64,000 nucleotides of DNA. It comes from Mustelus asterias. Its lineage: Eukaryota. Shown here one piece after another: positions 52,485 through 64,000 of the stretch. Under the pieces are notes generated by a model. It was not told where the DNA came from. It made no database searches and saw only the letters and a list, made by a program, of their open reading frames with translations. A program made the position numbers and the translations under genes. The stretch spans positions 558,001 through 622,000 of the forward strand of contig NW_027590156.1 in assembly GCF_964213995.1 (NCBI RefSeq), read 5' to 3'. Positions within the stretch are counted from its first letter, which is position 1. Each line of letters opens with the position of its first letter.

Positions 52485-53475
52485 TTGCAACAAAATATAG
52501 GATTGATTAAATATCTGGTAGTGAACGTTGGGAACAGACAGTGACGATTTGAACACAGAATCACTGGACAACAAGATTAGTAAAGAAACATCGGGACAAC
52601 TTGCTTGCTACTATAGAATTGTACAAAAGAGCAGAATTTTTAAAGTATGTCAACACTTCCAATCTGACATGAAGAAGTAATTTCATATCATAGATAAGTT
52701 TCATTTATTGAGAAATTGATGGGCGCTCACCAAGGACAGAATTGGCTGGTCTCTCAGTGCTGTCAGCAATTGGGCACCAATCAGTATTGGCTGTAGCCCA
52801 CTTACTTTACCTGACTGTTTCTCTATCTCCCTCTGTCTGTCTTTTTCTGCATCCACGGATCTTCTGACCTTCTCTGTGTCTGTTTGTCTCCTTCGATCGT
52901 TTGGTCTCTCTCTCTCCCTCTGTGTCAGCCACCTCTCTGTGTGTCTCTGAACCTGTCCCTCCTTCAGCTGTGTTCCAGGAAAGTGCAGGATACGGAACAT
53001 GCACATTTTCCCAGTCTCCCATTTCAACAAGCTCCCCAAACAAAGCGTCCCATTATTGGGAGCAGTTATCGCGCACAATATAAACAGACACAAATCTGAG
53101 ATTTTAAAAAAATGGAGCACGTACATTGAACCCCCGCAGTATATCAGATCAACGTGAAAATAGAATTATATTTGCATCCTTTGTTTGCGTGAACATTTAA
53201 GACTCCTCATTCTGTAAGTATTCTTCTAGTGCCAAATTGTGTAACACAGGCATAATTTAACGGGCTGTTCTAGGATAGTAAAATCAAATAAATGAATAGA
53301 CGAAGATTCACACAGAAATTGTTATCAGTTCTGTGCATAGGTTCATCCGCATAAAATTATATTTATTAAGAATAATAGCAACAAGAAAAATGCAGCAGCC
53401 AAATCCGGCAAATATACTCTTCAATAATCTGAGAAAATAATGGTCTCCCAGGCAGAGGTCATTTACCTCACTGCG

Positions 53476-53489
53476 CCGCAAGAGGGAGC
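53476..53489 (+). promoter_or_regulatory. CTCF-like motif adjoining the RSS-like array
   Basis: CCGCAAGAGGGAGC. Confidence 0.5.
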
Positions 53490-53537
53490 TCCCTCGCTGT
53501 GTTTGTGTGTTCACTGAAGCAGGAGCGGGTTCCATTT

Positions 53538-54085
53538 CACAGTGAAATGTTACAGAGCAGAATTCGAGGAGAACTGCATTAATTGTTGGATTACACAGTG
53601 AAATGTTACAGGGCAGAAATCCAGGAGAACTGGATTCATTGTTGGATTACGCAGTGAAATGTTACAGAGCAGAAATCCAGGAGAACTGGATTCAGTGTTG
53701 AATTATACAGTGATATGTCACAGAACAGTGATCCAGGAGAACTGGATTAATCGTTGGATTACACTGGGATATGTTACAGATCAGGAATCCAGGAGAACTG
53801 AATTAATTGTTGGATTATACAGTGATATGTTACAGATCAGGAACCCAGAAGAATTGGACTAATTGTTGGATTACACAGTGATATGTTACAGATCAGGAAT
53901 CCAGGAGAACTGGATTATTTGTTGGATTACACAGTGATATGTTACAGATCAGGAATCCAGGAGAACTGGATTATTTGTTGGATTACACAGTGATATGTTA
54001 CAGAGCAGTAATCCAGAAAAAACTGGATTAATTGCTGGATTACACAGTGACATTTTACGGAACAGGAATCCAGGAGAAAATGATT
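53538..54085 (+). repeat. 56-bp tandem array (10 units), each starting with a 12-RSS-like signal
   Basis: Heptamer positions 53538, 53594, 53650, 53706, 53762, 53818, 53874, 53930, 53986 and 54043; six are perfect CACAGTG; 12-nt spacer then GCAGAAATC/TCAGGAATC/ACAGGAATC. Confidence 0.9.
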
Positions 54086-54629
54086 AATAATCCGCCTACA
54101 TGATTTGGACTCCGTTCACTGTCGCAGGGGCAATTGAATTTAATTAATCAAATCAACATCTGAAATTAAAGCTGGAATAAGTGGTGACATTGGCACCGTG
54201 GGATTAGGATAAATTCCCAATTGAATTAACAATGTTGTGGAAAGAAGGGAATCTGCCATCCTTATCCAGCCTCGCTCCAGACCCACATCAATAAGTTTAA
54301 TCCTTAACTTCCTTCTGAAATGATCGCTGCATGAAAACTGCGACTAAGAACGAGAAGCCACACCGAATAATAACCAAATGAAAGTTTCAGTCACATCCCA
54401 TTTCTATGGCAGAAAAATGTGTCCTATAAAGACACCGACTGGAGTACAGATTTTGGAGCTTCCATTCAGTGACAGTCAGCTAAGCAATAACCAATTTCAC
54501 GGTATCACTGGCGAGACACGGAACTGACGGTGTGAGCATCCGGAGGCAAGTCATCAGAGTATTGAATGTGGGGACCAGAACGGGTGCCTTCAAATATCCG
54601 ATCTCCCTTTTACAGAGGGGACAGAGACA

Positions 54630-55125
54630 ATGCGGATACTCAACATCTGGGTTGTGTGGGAAGCATTTCTGACAGGCATTTGTGGACATCTCGTTTGTTT
54701 TCTCATTAAAGAAAACTTATGTTGAATCTGAAATTTGAGCACACGTCAGTCCAATATTTATCTGTTTGAACATCTTTTCCAGATCTGACTCATGAAGATT
54801 CTGTCACAGCCGCTGTCCTCAGATGTTGAGACGGAAGGTGAAGCGGTGATTTTGTACTGTTTTTGAGATACTGCATGGAGTGACTATTATTTACTCTGGT
54901 ACCGAAAACATCCAGACTCCCATCCCGAGTATATACTGAGGGTCTACGCAGGAGGTGGTGGAGTTAAAGCAGATTTTGCTAAAATCCGTTTCTCGACTGA
55001 TTTCCAGAACTCGAATTAACACCAGTTTGACTATCTCGGATCTGCAGCTGCTGACGCTGCCGTGTATTACTGCGCTTTCTGGGACGCACAGTGATAGAAA
55101 GCAATCTGCCTCCTGCACAAAAACT
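54630..55125 (+). pseudogene. TCR delta/alpha-type V segment V5 (stop codon and frameshifts)
   Basis: Leader 54630-54675 MRILNIWVVWEAFLT with a GC donor; V exon from 54783 EDSVT...EGEAVILYCF*...YYLLWYRKHP...DAAVYYCAFW; RSS CACAGTG(55087)-23-ACAAAAACT. Confidence 0.9.
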
Positions 55126-57299
55126 GTCTCAGCAATGTAAGTAAGATCTCCTCTCTGCTGTGTTGAATCGTGGACAGATGCAGCCGCAATGAGCAGCGTC
55201 GCCGTCAGGCACTCAAACACAAACTGATAGGAAACCGCATTAACGTCGGATCAAACTGTCACGCAGATGTTCCCAGGAGGGGCCAAGAACGGAAAAACAA
55301 CAGAATCGAATTAAGCCGACAGATCCATTATAAAATCAATATTTCAGCAAAACAGTCCTTTCTGCTACTGGTGAATTGTGCAATCTTTTAACATCCGGCA
55401 TGTTATACACCAAATATTACACAATAATGACCGGCAAGAATCGCACAGACAGCAGATCGGCATCCACCATGTTTGCGTGACGTTACTCAAACTGAAGTTC
55501 CCATTTGTCCTTTGCTGCCTTCTGCGGGTCTGCCTGTAATGTTGAACAACACTCTGTTGTCACTCAGACTAGGGTACCCACTGACGAGGCCCCGAAAGAA
55601 ACATTTACACGAGATATTTCGTCCAACTGATTCGTTATAGATATTCAAAACACTACATAAGCACTGAACATCTCTTTATTTCCCTTTTAGAGGGAAATTT
55701 ATATACTCACAGAGTGATAAGCCGATAGAATTCACTACTATAGAAAGCAAATCTGGGCAGAATATTGCATTTTATCAAGAAGTAGATAAATGCAGTTCTC
55801 GTGGCTAAATGGTGAAAAGAAGGAATAGATTACTGAGTTCGATGATCAACCATGAACATAAGGAGGATGGAGTCGGCTCGAAGGGCTGAAAGGCCTTCTC
55901 ATGCTCCTATTTTCTATGTTTCTATTGGACACTGATTCATAGTCATTCATTCCTGTAACACAAATACGGAATGCTTCAGGGACTAAATGTAACACCTGGA
56001 TGTCACGCTGACCATTTAAAAATATACTGACCTCGCAGAGAGACAATGCTGTCTGCTTTAGAATTCGACAGAAAGTAACAAAATGCTCCAATTATGTTGA
56101 ATGTTGCAGCCTGACATAAAGTCCGACCCACTTTGGAATCTGGCTTCACTTATTGAGAAACTGTCGTTTTTCCAGGAACAGGATTGGCTTCTCTGCCAGA
56201 ACTGCTGATTATTACCCACCAATAAATGAGAGCTACAGAGATTTTTTTCTGATTAGTTATCTTTCTCTTGGTCACTTTTCTGATCTCTCGTTCTCTTTGT
56301 CACGTACTCTGTCTCTATGACCAGACATCCATTCATTTAGGAAATTTCCTCACCGCTTTAAAATGGCTCGAAGTGAGTACAAATAGTTCAAGGCAGTGAA
56401 TACATTTTTACCAATTCAAAAAACATGCCGTCACTCGAAACCGCCACCAGGCGACGTGACCATTATTGCGGTGTTTTGACATTGACGCCCGACAATCAGT
56501 AAATATCCTTTCTGTTTCATTCAATAAAACCATGGTGACCGGAGACCATGAAGATGGCACGGCACATATAAATTGACGAGTAAGGTATTAGAAATAGGAA
56601 CTGAATAAGCGTTTAAAGGTGAAGGAGCAAGAGGATTTGTAGGTTGCAGTACAGAGAATGAGGAATAAACACATTACCCTGACCAGTAAGTAAAAGTAAA
56701 GTTACTTTATTAGCCACAAATAGGCTTACATTAACACTGCAATGAATTTAATGTGAAAATCCCCTTGTCGCCACACTTCGGCGCCTGTTCGGGTACACTG
56801 AGGGAGAATTTAGCACGGGCAGTGAACCTACGCAGCACGTCTTTGGACTGTGGGAAGAAACCGGAGCACCCGAAGGAAAGCCACGCAGACACGGGGAGAG
56901 CGTGCAGACTCCACGCAAACAATGACCCAAGCCGGCAATTGAACCCAGGGCTGGCGCTGTGAAGTAGCAGCGCTAACCACTGCGCCACCGTGCTGCCCCT
57001 ATCATCATTGCATGATTCTAAACCGAAGGTGACTGTTGGAGCTAAAAGTAATAAAGAGATCAAATATCCCTGAAACATTTAATCTATCGTTGCACACACG
57101 CACAAAATCCTAATGAGTGTCCTGAACTTATTTGTTTAAACAGAGCGTATCCCCAAATGGGACTCTGAATGACGGCTACTGACAACATCCAAGAATAATC
57201 TGATTCGTCAGAATGTCATCCACCAGTGTCCCACAGAATGAGGAGAAAGGGAGGCTCCACTGTCCATCCACCAGCTCCCCCCCCCCCCCCCCCACCCCC

Positions 57300-57536
57300 C
57301 GTTTGCAGCTGAGGCTCTGATCCTGCTGATACTGTGTGATTGTATTTTTCTAATCAAATGCCACGTTTTAGTAATTTATTAATAATGTGCTTTGGTTAAT
57401 TGACATTTGTGTTCACAGCCGTTCAGTGTGAGGATCAGAGTTCCCACCCTGAGCGAGTGCGGTTTCGGGAAAGGGAACGGGTTGAACTGAACTGTCGGCT
57501 CTCTGTTGGTCCTGGAAACTATTGGGTGAATGTTTA
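57300..57536 (+). pseudogene. Truncated V fragment of another family (leader remnant and FR1-CDR1)
   Basis: Hydrophobic ALILLILC near 57312-57337; acceptor TTCACAG near 57418; AVQCEDQSSHPERVRFRERERVELNCRLSVGPGNYWVN. Confidence 0.5.
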
Positions 57537-57656
57537 ATCCGAGGTTATTCGGGTTTCGCTTCGCTTTGTTTGAGCAGCTGACAGCGCCGATGTTCATTGT
57601 GACTGAATCTGCCCGCGATTGTAAACAATCCGCAGCAGACAGCAGCTCCTATCTAG

Positions 57657-58163
57657 AGCTTTTGTACGGCGGTGATAATGTTTTCTATCACTGAGTGACT
57701 GAAAGCTCAGTAATAGCCGCCAGCGTCAGTCACCTGCAGGCCGGAGATGGTTAAACTGGTGACTTTATTCTCGATCTCGAGCTCAGCAGAGAAACGGATT
57801 GGAGCAAAACTTGCTGTATCCTCAGTGTCCAAAGAGCTTTTCATCACTATAAATTCCGGTTGTTTCTCTGGGCGCTGTCGATACCAGTGTAAGTAATAAT
57901 TGGTGGCTGTGGCATCATAGGTACAGGTCAATGTCACCGCTTCTCCTTCTGTTTTATAATCTGAGGGGAACCGCTGAGTGACAGAATCTCCATTAGTCAC
58001 ATCTGAAAAAACAAAGAAACATAATCAAATAAAAACTGGTCAGGCCAGAAATATGGAAATATTTGAACCATGCTTGATAAGTCAGAGAAAAGATGAAATG
58101 TATTGATTCCCATTTACCAACCAAGAATGCTCCCCACACTACCCAGATGCTGAGCAGCCGTGC
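57657..58163 (-). pseudogene. TCR delta/alpha-type V segment V6 (second Cys mutated to TGA)
   Basis: Leader 58118-58163 without ATG; V exon from 58002 GDSVTQRFPSDYKTEGEAVTLTCTY...YYLHWYRQ...GGYY*; RSS CTCAGTG-23-ACAAAAGCT (57695-57657). Confidence 0.9.
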
Positions 58164-59063
58164 TGCCTCTTTCCGCGCTGTGAAAGGAGTTGGGTATTTG
58201 ACAGAATCTATTCTAAACCCCGCCCCCAGTAATTTGCCGGTGTTGCCTTATGATGAGCCGAAACTAGCACAAATTAATGAGTTTGACCACATTTTCTCAA
58301 TAATTCTGATAGCTTTACCATTGGAACAGTGGTAACCGTGAATCCAATTGAATTACGTTCAGTTAAGCATTTAATTTTTTCACTTAGTTCCAGCGTCACT
58401 GGTAAGACCAGTGCTTATTTCTTCATCTTTGATATCCTCGGGAAAGGTGTTGGTGAGCCGCCTCCCTGAAGCACTGCTATTCACCTGGACTTTATTAACA
58501 TGCAGAGAGGGCAGGTGTAATTTATCGAAGTTTTCGGATAATACAAAGTGACGTTACATAGTCAGCAGTCGAGAGAGATAGAAAGTCCTGCCAAGGGTTA
58601 TGTGGAGTTTATGTGACGCGTCAACTGGGGACATGAATAGAAAAATATGCTATTCAATTTGCAGGGAAGAGGAAGGAAATATAAAACATTGTAATTAGTG
58701 AGAAATTATTTCTTTCTGGTGTGCAGAGCGATTTGTATGTTCTTGCACGCAAAACACAGACATTTAATCTAAAGATGGAGCCATCAATTGGGAAGGGTGA
58801 TTTGGATGTTGCCCTTTATTCCAAAGCTGACGATGTTCAAGAGAAATTAAGTTAAATACTGTTGCAATTGCACTGATTGTTGGCGATATCTCAGCTGGAG
58901 AACAGTACACAGCTTTAGTAATTGAGTAAACGATTAAAGGAAATTATTCATTTAAACGTCACTTTTGTGCTTCTGTCCGACACCGCTGCGTATTTCGCTG
59001 CCACAAATGTAGGGAAAAAAGAAAATCCATAGAAAATCCTAGATCGAGATACCCAGTTAGTTC

Positions 59064-59077
59064 TCACCAGAGGGCGC
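59064..59077 (+). promoter_or_regulatory. CTCF-like motif between V6 and V7
   Basis: TCACCAGAGGGCGC. Confidence 0.55.
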
Positions 59078-60061
59078 TAAAGTGTGCTAAGAGTGCTAAA
59101 CGGCAGCGATAATTGAAATGACACCTCGAGCGTCAAAGCGACATTCCAAAAATATCCTTAAAAAGAAAAATAAAAATAAAAGAAAATGAGAATCAACTCC
59201 GGATTTCAGTGCATTGATAATACTGAACCTCATAAATTCAAGTATGTAGCACAATTATCACAGAAACAAAGAAACAGAAGTAGGCCATTTGGCCCTTCAA
59301 GCCTGATCTGCCGTTTATTATGATCATGGCTGAAAATCGAATTCAATATCTTGATGCTGCCTCCCCCTCCCACCTCCCATATGCCTTGATCCCTTTAGCC
59401 CCAAGAGCTACATATAATTTCTTCTTGAAATAATACAACGTTTTGGTTTCAACTACTTTCCGTGGTCGTGAATTCCACACATTCTTCACTCTCTGGGTGA
59501 AGGAATTTCTCCACACCACAGGTGTAAAATGTTTACTCCTTATCTTGGAGTCTTTTTGGTCTTTTTTTAAGAGAGAGTGAGGGATATTTTGCAATTAAGC
59601 TTGGCTGCAGTAATGACCTGTCCTTTAGCCATCTCCCCCGTCACCTTCCCGATCTATGTTTACAGAATATGTGTTTGGCCAGAGTGTGCTGCTGGGTAAG
59701 AGGCAGTTCAAAGATAATCGACAGATTTCAAAAGAAATGATCATTGAAGCAAACAGAAAAAGTGTCCCTCTCCACATGTGTACTGTGCTTCAGCACGTCT
59801 TCCCAATGCTTGAATGTTTAATTTTTCCAGAATATCAGATTGCTAGTGGTAATTAACAGACCGGATTTTCATCCGGAGCTCCTGTCTCTAATAAAATAGC
59901 AACTTATTTTCGCTGTCGCTCCTGGTAGCGTTTGAGTGGCGGTTTGGTCCGAGGTTAATTTGATTTCTTGATGTGTATTTGAGTGTCTGACTCCGCACTG
60001 TTCATTGTTGCATTCTCCAGCGAGTATACACAGGCACGCACAGACAGGAGCTCCTATATAG

Positions 60062-60547
60062 AGTTTCTGTATGGCGGTAACACTGCTTTCTATCATTGTG
60101 AGACTAAAAGCGCAGAAATTGACGGTAGCGTCAGTCAGCTGCAGACTCGACATAGTTAATCTGCTGACGTTATTCCCTCGAGCTCCGTAGAGAAACGCAT
60201 TTTTGCAACATTTGTTTTATCTTCAGAACCCCAGGATTCTTTCCACCGTATAAACTCAGGTTGTGTAGCTGGGTGCTGTCGGTAACAGTACAAATGATAG
60301 CTGCTCTCTGTAGAATCATATGTAAAGGTGAATGTCACTGCTTCTCCTTCTGTCCCCATTTCTGTGGAGAGTCGCTGCGCGACAGAATTTCCATGTGTCA
60401 GGTCTAAAAAAAATCACACAGCAACAGATGAGACTAAAAGTGTGCAAATATGTAAACAGCAAAGCTCAAGAACAGATGAAATTGTTCCTTCGAACAGTTA
60501 CCTGCCAGAAATGCTCCCCACATAACCCGGAAGCTGAGTAACCACAT
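60062..60547 (-). pseudogene. TCR delta/alpha-type V segment V7 (Cys to Phe, Trp to Cys, frameshift)
   Basis: Leader 60502-60547 MWLLSFRVMWGAFLA/GTAAC; V exon 60101-60403; RSS CACAATG-23-ACAGAAACT. Confidence 0.9.
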
Positions 60548-61249
60548 TGTCACTGTCCGCTCTTTAAAAGTGCAGTTTGATATTTGAAAACACCCGATCT
60601 AAATCCAGCTCTTAACTCACTACCTGGTGTCACACGTGGTGCTGTGAGATTGGCAAATGGTGTGCCAGCTATTAATAAATAGAAAAACCACAAGCTGGAT
60701 TACAATCACTACACACTTATCCACGACACATTTATTCAGTCTTCATTGAATCCTCTATCGGCTCCCTTCCATGGGGAAGACCAAAACTGTAAATTGTACA
60801 CCAGTTATGGGATTATTGGAAAGAAAAATGAAACAGAGAGAGGCTGCAGATATTATTTGGATGGAAAAAGAGTCTAGTCTTAGAAACATCGTCGGATATT
60901 CAAACACAGTGATGACTGCAACATGAAATAACGTTTAATGGGTTCAAGTGGTCAAATGCAGTAATAAGTAGTCTTTCAAAATATGATCATGGTTCAAAGT
61001 AATAATGTCAAAGAGATGATCCAGACCAATAAATAACATAATTCTAGTGCGAATTTATCAGAGAAAATCGGCTGCACATACTGGAACTCAGTATTAATGT
61101 GCAGAACTGTTGTCCTGGATAAAATATTAGTTTGCCTGACCCATCGACTCATTCCATTAATCAACAATTCACTAAAATGTATCGATGAAGACATTGATTA
61201 TTCTCATTTCGAAGCAGCACAGCCACCTTCCCTTAATGTTCAATGACAC

Positions 61250-61592
61250 GGGCGGCACGGTAGCACAGTGGTTAGCACTGCTGCTTCACAGCTCCAGGGA
61301 CCTGGGTTCGATTCCCAGCTTGGGTCACTGTCTGTGTGGAGTTTGCACATTCTCCTCGTGTCTGCGTGGGTTTCCTCCGGGTGCTCCGGTTTCCTCCCAC
61401 AGTCCAAAGATGTGTGGGTTAGGTTGATTGCCCACGCTAAAATTGCCCCTTAGTGTCCTGACATGCGTAGGTTAGAGGGATTAGTGGGTAAAATATGTAG
61501 GGATATGGGGGTAGGGCCTGGGTGGGATTGTGGTCGGTGCAGACTCGATGGGCCGAATGGCCTCTTTCTGTACTGTAGGGTTTCTAAGATTC
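61250..61592 (+). mobile_element. Full-length HE1/V-SINE-like SINE
   Basis: Near-identical to 14804-15145. Confidence 0.9.
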
Positions 61593-62604
61593 TAAGACAC
61601 TATGCACAATGTATTCTCCGTCGTCAATATGCTGAACTGAGCCCCTTAGTTGTAGAAGCACGTCAGAGGCTGAATATTCTGTGGTGATCTCTAATGCTGG
61701 CTGTGTTGTGTGAAACCCATTAGATGAACTGTAGCAAAACGCCAGGCCCTCTTTGAATTTATCTTCCATTACCATGCTCTGAATCACTCAGACGGGCAGC
61801 GGGTGTATGGGTAACATCCACTTTCTTATCCAAGACATTCCGGTCTGTACATCCATTGCCGGCCCTTTAGAATCCCAGGGGTCTAATGTTGTAACACCCG
61901 AGCTAACTCTGCCGATGAACCTTCAGTACCTGGGCTGCTGTTGTTGAAGAAGGCTGCTCATCACCACCTTCTCAGTATGAACCAAGAACTTGCACTGAGC
62001 ACTCGACGTTTTAGGGAATAGATGTGAAACAATGCAAGAAACAACGGCTCGGAACCGCAAACACCAACCGTTATCTTTCTTGTGTTTTTTTTTACTTGTT
62101 CTTTCATCCACTGTTAATATTTGCACACAATTTAAAATTCTTCTCATTCGTTCTTATTCTTTCTCCATTTCCTTTTTCATCTTCCGAACTTTTTCATAGT
62201 TTAATTCTCTTTCGTTCTTCTAATTTGAAACGGTTTTAACGTGTTCAGCACAATTTCCTTAAGCAAGAGTGCTGAGACAGGGAGGGAGGGGTGAATTACC
62301 CAACACAAACTCAGACCATCCCAGTGCTCTATCACAGTCTGTCTCTCCTCCTCCGTTCACTGAATGATGCTCTGTGTGATGCGGCCAGGTGGCGCAGGAG
62401 GAAATGGAAAATACATCCGAAAACACAATGTCCTGTGAAAACCCAGTTGCCTCAATCGCAACATTATGATAGCAGCAGAATTGCACGAGCTCTTCTCCGC
62501 TGTAATCTCTATGTCAACCCGCTTCTCACTTTACTGCAACAGATTACAACAGTAAATAGAACTGCTATTCCAGAGGTTTTGTTGGGAGAGTCAGAATAGA
62601 TCCC

Positions 62605-63052
62605 ATGTCGTCCCGTCATCTCATTATATTGTGGTTTGTACTCGGTACGTATGGCCGTATGTACTTATGTCATACTTCCATCACAACCCACTGTTCATTT
62701 TTATTTCAGGGAGGATTCGCGCAGATTCGGTATCACAATCCAAGACAGAACTCTACGTGACTGAAGGAGACAGTGTGATTACAGATTGTACTTATAAAAC
62801 AAATCTCTTTAATCCTGATCTGTATTGGCACAGACAGCACACAAACTTCTTTCTGAGTTTTAGTTTACTTCGGGATAACAGTCGAAGAACAATCACAGTT
62901 TTTACCAAGGGATGATTCGAGGCTGGTCAGAGTAAGACAGAAAAGAGATTTCCCTTAAAGATCATTCGAACAGGAATCCAGAACACTGCCTTCTATTTCG
63001 ATGGGTTGAAGATCGCAGTGGTTTAAAACTTATCTGTCTCTGAACAAAAACC
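62605..63052 (+). pseudogene. TCR alpha/delta-type V segment V8 (stop codon, second Cys lost)
   Basis: Leader 62605-62644 MSSRHLIILWFVL/GTACGT; V exon from 62710 ADSVSQSKTELYVTEGDSVITDCTY...LYWHRQ...KG*; RSS CGCAGTG(63014)-23-ACAAAAACC. Confidence 0.88.
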
Positions 63053-63344
63053 TCAGGGCCGACGAACAGGCGTTCTCTCAAGATCACAGGAACCTTCGTT
63101 GCTCTGTAAGTGACTGTCCTGTTCAGAATCTGTTAGTCCTGCTTCTGAGTTACAAAGTTTTAGGGTCAAGGCTCACTCCTGAGACTTCAGCCTGTAATCC
63201 AGGCTGTTGCCGAGTGGCAGCACCGAGGGCGTGCTGGACAGCAATGGTTGTCATATTTCGCATCAGACATTAATCTTAGGGACACACACTTCATTTATGT
63301 AAAATATCCTAGACTACTATTTTAGAAAATCATTGCGGATTTCA

Positions 63345-64000
63345 TAGAATCATAGAACCATACAGTGCAGGAGAGGCCCTTCGGTCCATCGAGTCTGTAC
63401 TGACACGCTAGAAACACTTGACGTTCCCCTTACCAGCAATTGGCCCATAAGTTTGAATGATATGATGTGCGAAATGTTCATCCAGGTAATTTTTAAAGGA
63501 TGTGAGGAAACTCGCCTCCACCACCCTCCCAGGCAACGCATTCCAGACTGTCAACTCCCTCCAGTTCAAAAAGAAATTCTCACATCCCTCCTAAACCTTC
63601 GCCCCCGCAGCTTGAATCTGTTTTGCCTCGTGACTGACCCTTCAAATACGAGGAACAGCTGCTCCCTATCCACTCTGTTCATGGCCCTTATAACCTTGTA
63701 CACCTCGATCAGGTCGCCCCTCAGTCTTCCATGCTCCAATGAAAACAACACAAGCCGACGGAAACTCTTCAGAACGTAAATGTTCCATCCCAGGCAGCAT
63801 CCTGGTGAAACTCCTCTGCATCCCGTCCAGTGCAATCATATCCTTCCGATAATGTGGCACCCAGAACTGCACACAATACTCTAGCTTGGGCCCTAACCAA
63901 CTCTACACAACTTCCACATGACATCACTCCTTTTTTAATCTATGCCTCGATTGATAAAGGCAATTGTCCCATTTGCCGCTTTCAGCACCCTACTGACATG
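63345..64000 (-). mobile_element. CR1 LINE 3' part
   Basis: QFWVPHYRKD...RRLVLFSLE...RGDLIEVYK on the minus strand with a TTCTATG tail. Confidence 0.88.

Noticed and set aside
53538-54085. CRISPR-like array or D-segment cluster
   Set aside because: The sequences between heptamers are copies of each other, not unique spacers; the context is eukaryotic; no opposing 12- or 23-RSS nonamer flanks the 28-bp linkers as a D segment would need.
55581-55600. Hammerhead-like CTGACGAGGCCCCGAAAG
   Set aside because: Stem II is too short and no stem I/III or cleavage triplet can be formed.
57575-57605. DSAxxHC motif on the + strand as the C-terminal part of the 57300-57536 V fragment
   Set aside because: It lies in the reverse complement of the 3' flank shared by V5/V6/V7 and has no RSS after it; probably chance.

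Overview
Vertebrate genomic DNA, almost certainly from a cartilaginous fish (shark). The evidence is dense CR1 LINEs, HE1/V-SINE-type SINEs, Penelope-like element (PLE) repeats and shark-type T-cell receptor V segments. The window has three zones. (1) About 1-34.7 kb: a cluster of single-coding-exon C2H2 zinc-finger genes (one intact, two disrupted), a truncated intron-containing EMC4 duplicate, two minisatellites and many retroelements. (2) About 35-43.5 kb: an RNA polymerase III block with a 7SL RNA gene, one near-canonical tRNA-Glu(TTC) and several decayed tRNA-Val/Gln/Glu copies, plus N-gaps. (3) About 44.5-63.1 kb: eight TCR alpha/delta-type V segments in mixed orientation, each followed by a 23-type RSS. 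Seven are pseudogenes, one is an intact V with an apparently intron-less leader, and two further V fragments are truncated. The most unusual signal is a 56-bp tandem array inside the V zone (10 units, 53538-54070). Each unit begins with a 12-spacer RSS-like signal (CACAGTG-12-GCAGAAATC). The array adjoins a 71-nt segment carrying a CTCF-like motif and a splice donor, and an inverted 3-unit twin of the whole module lies 47 kb away at about 5.8-6.15 kb. Minimal hammerhead ribozyme motifs in PLE repeats and an in-frame ZNF-CR1 fusion ORF are also present. All calls were made by eye; no database searches were run.
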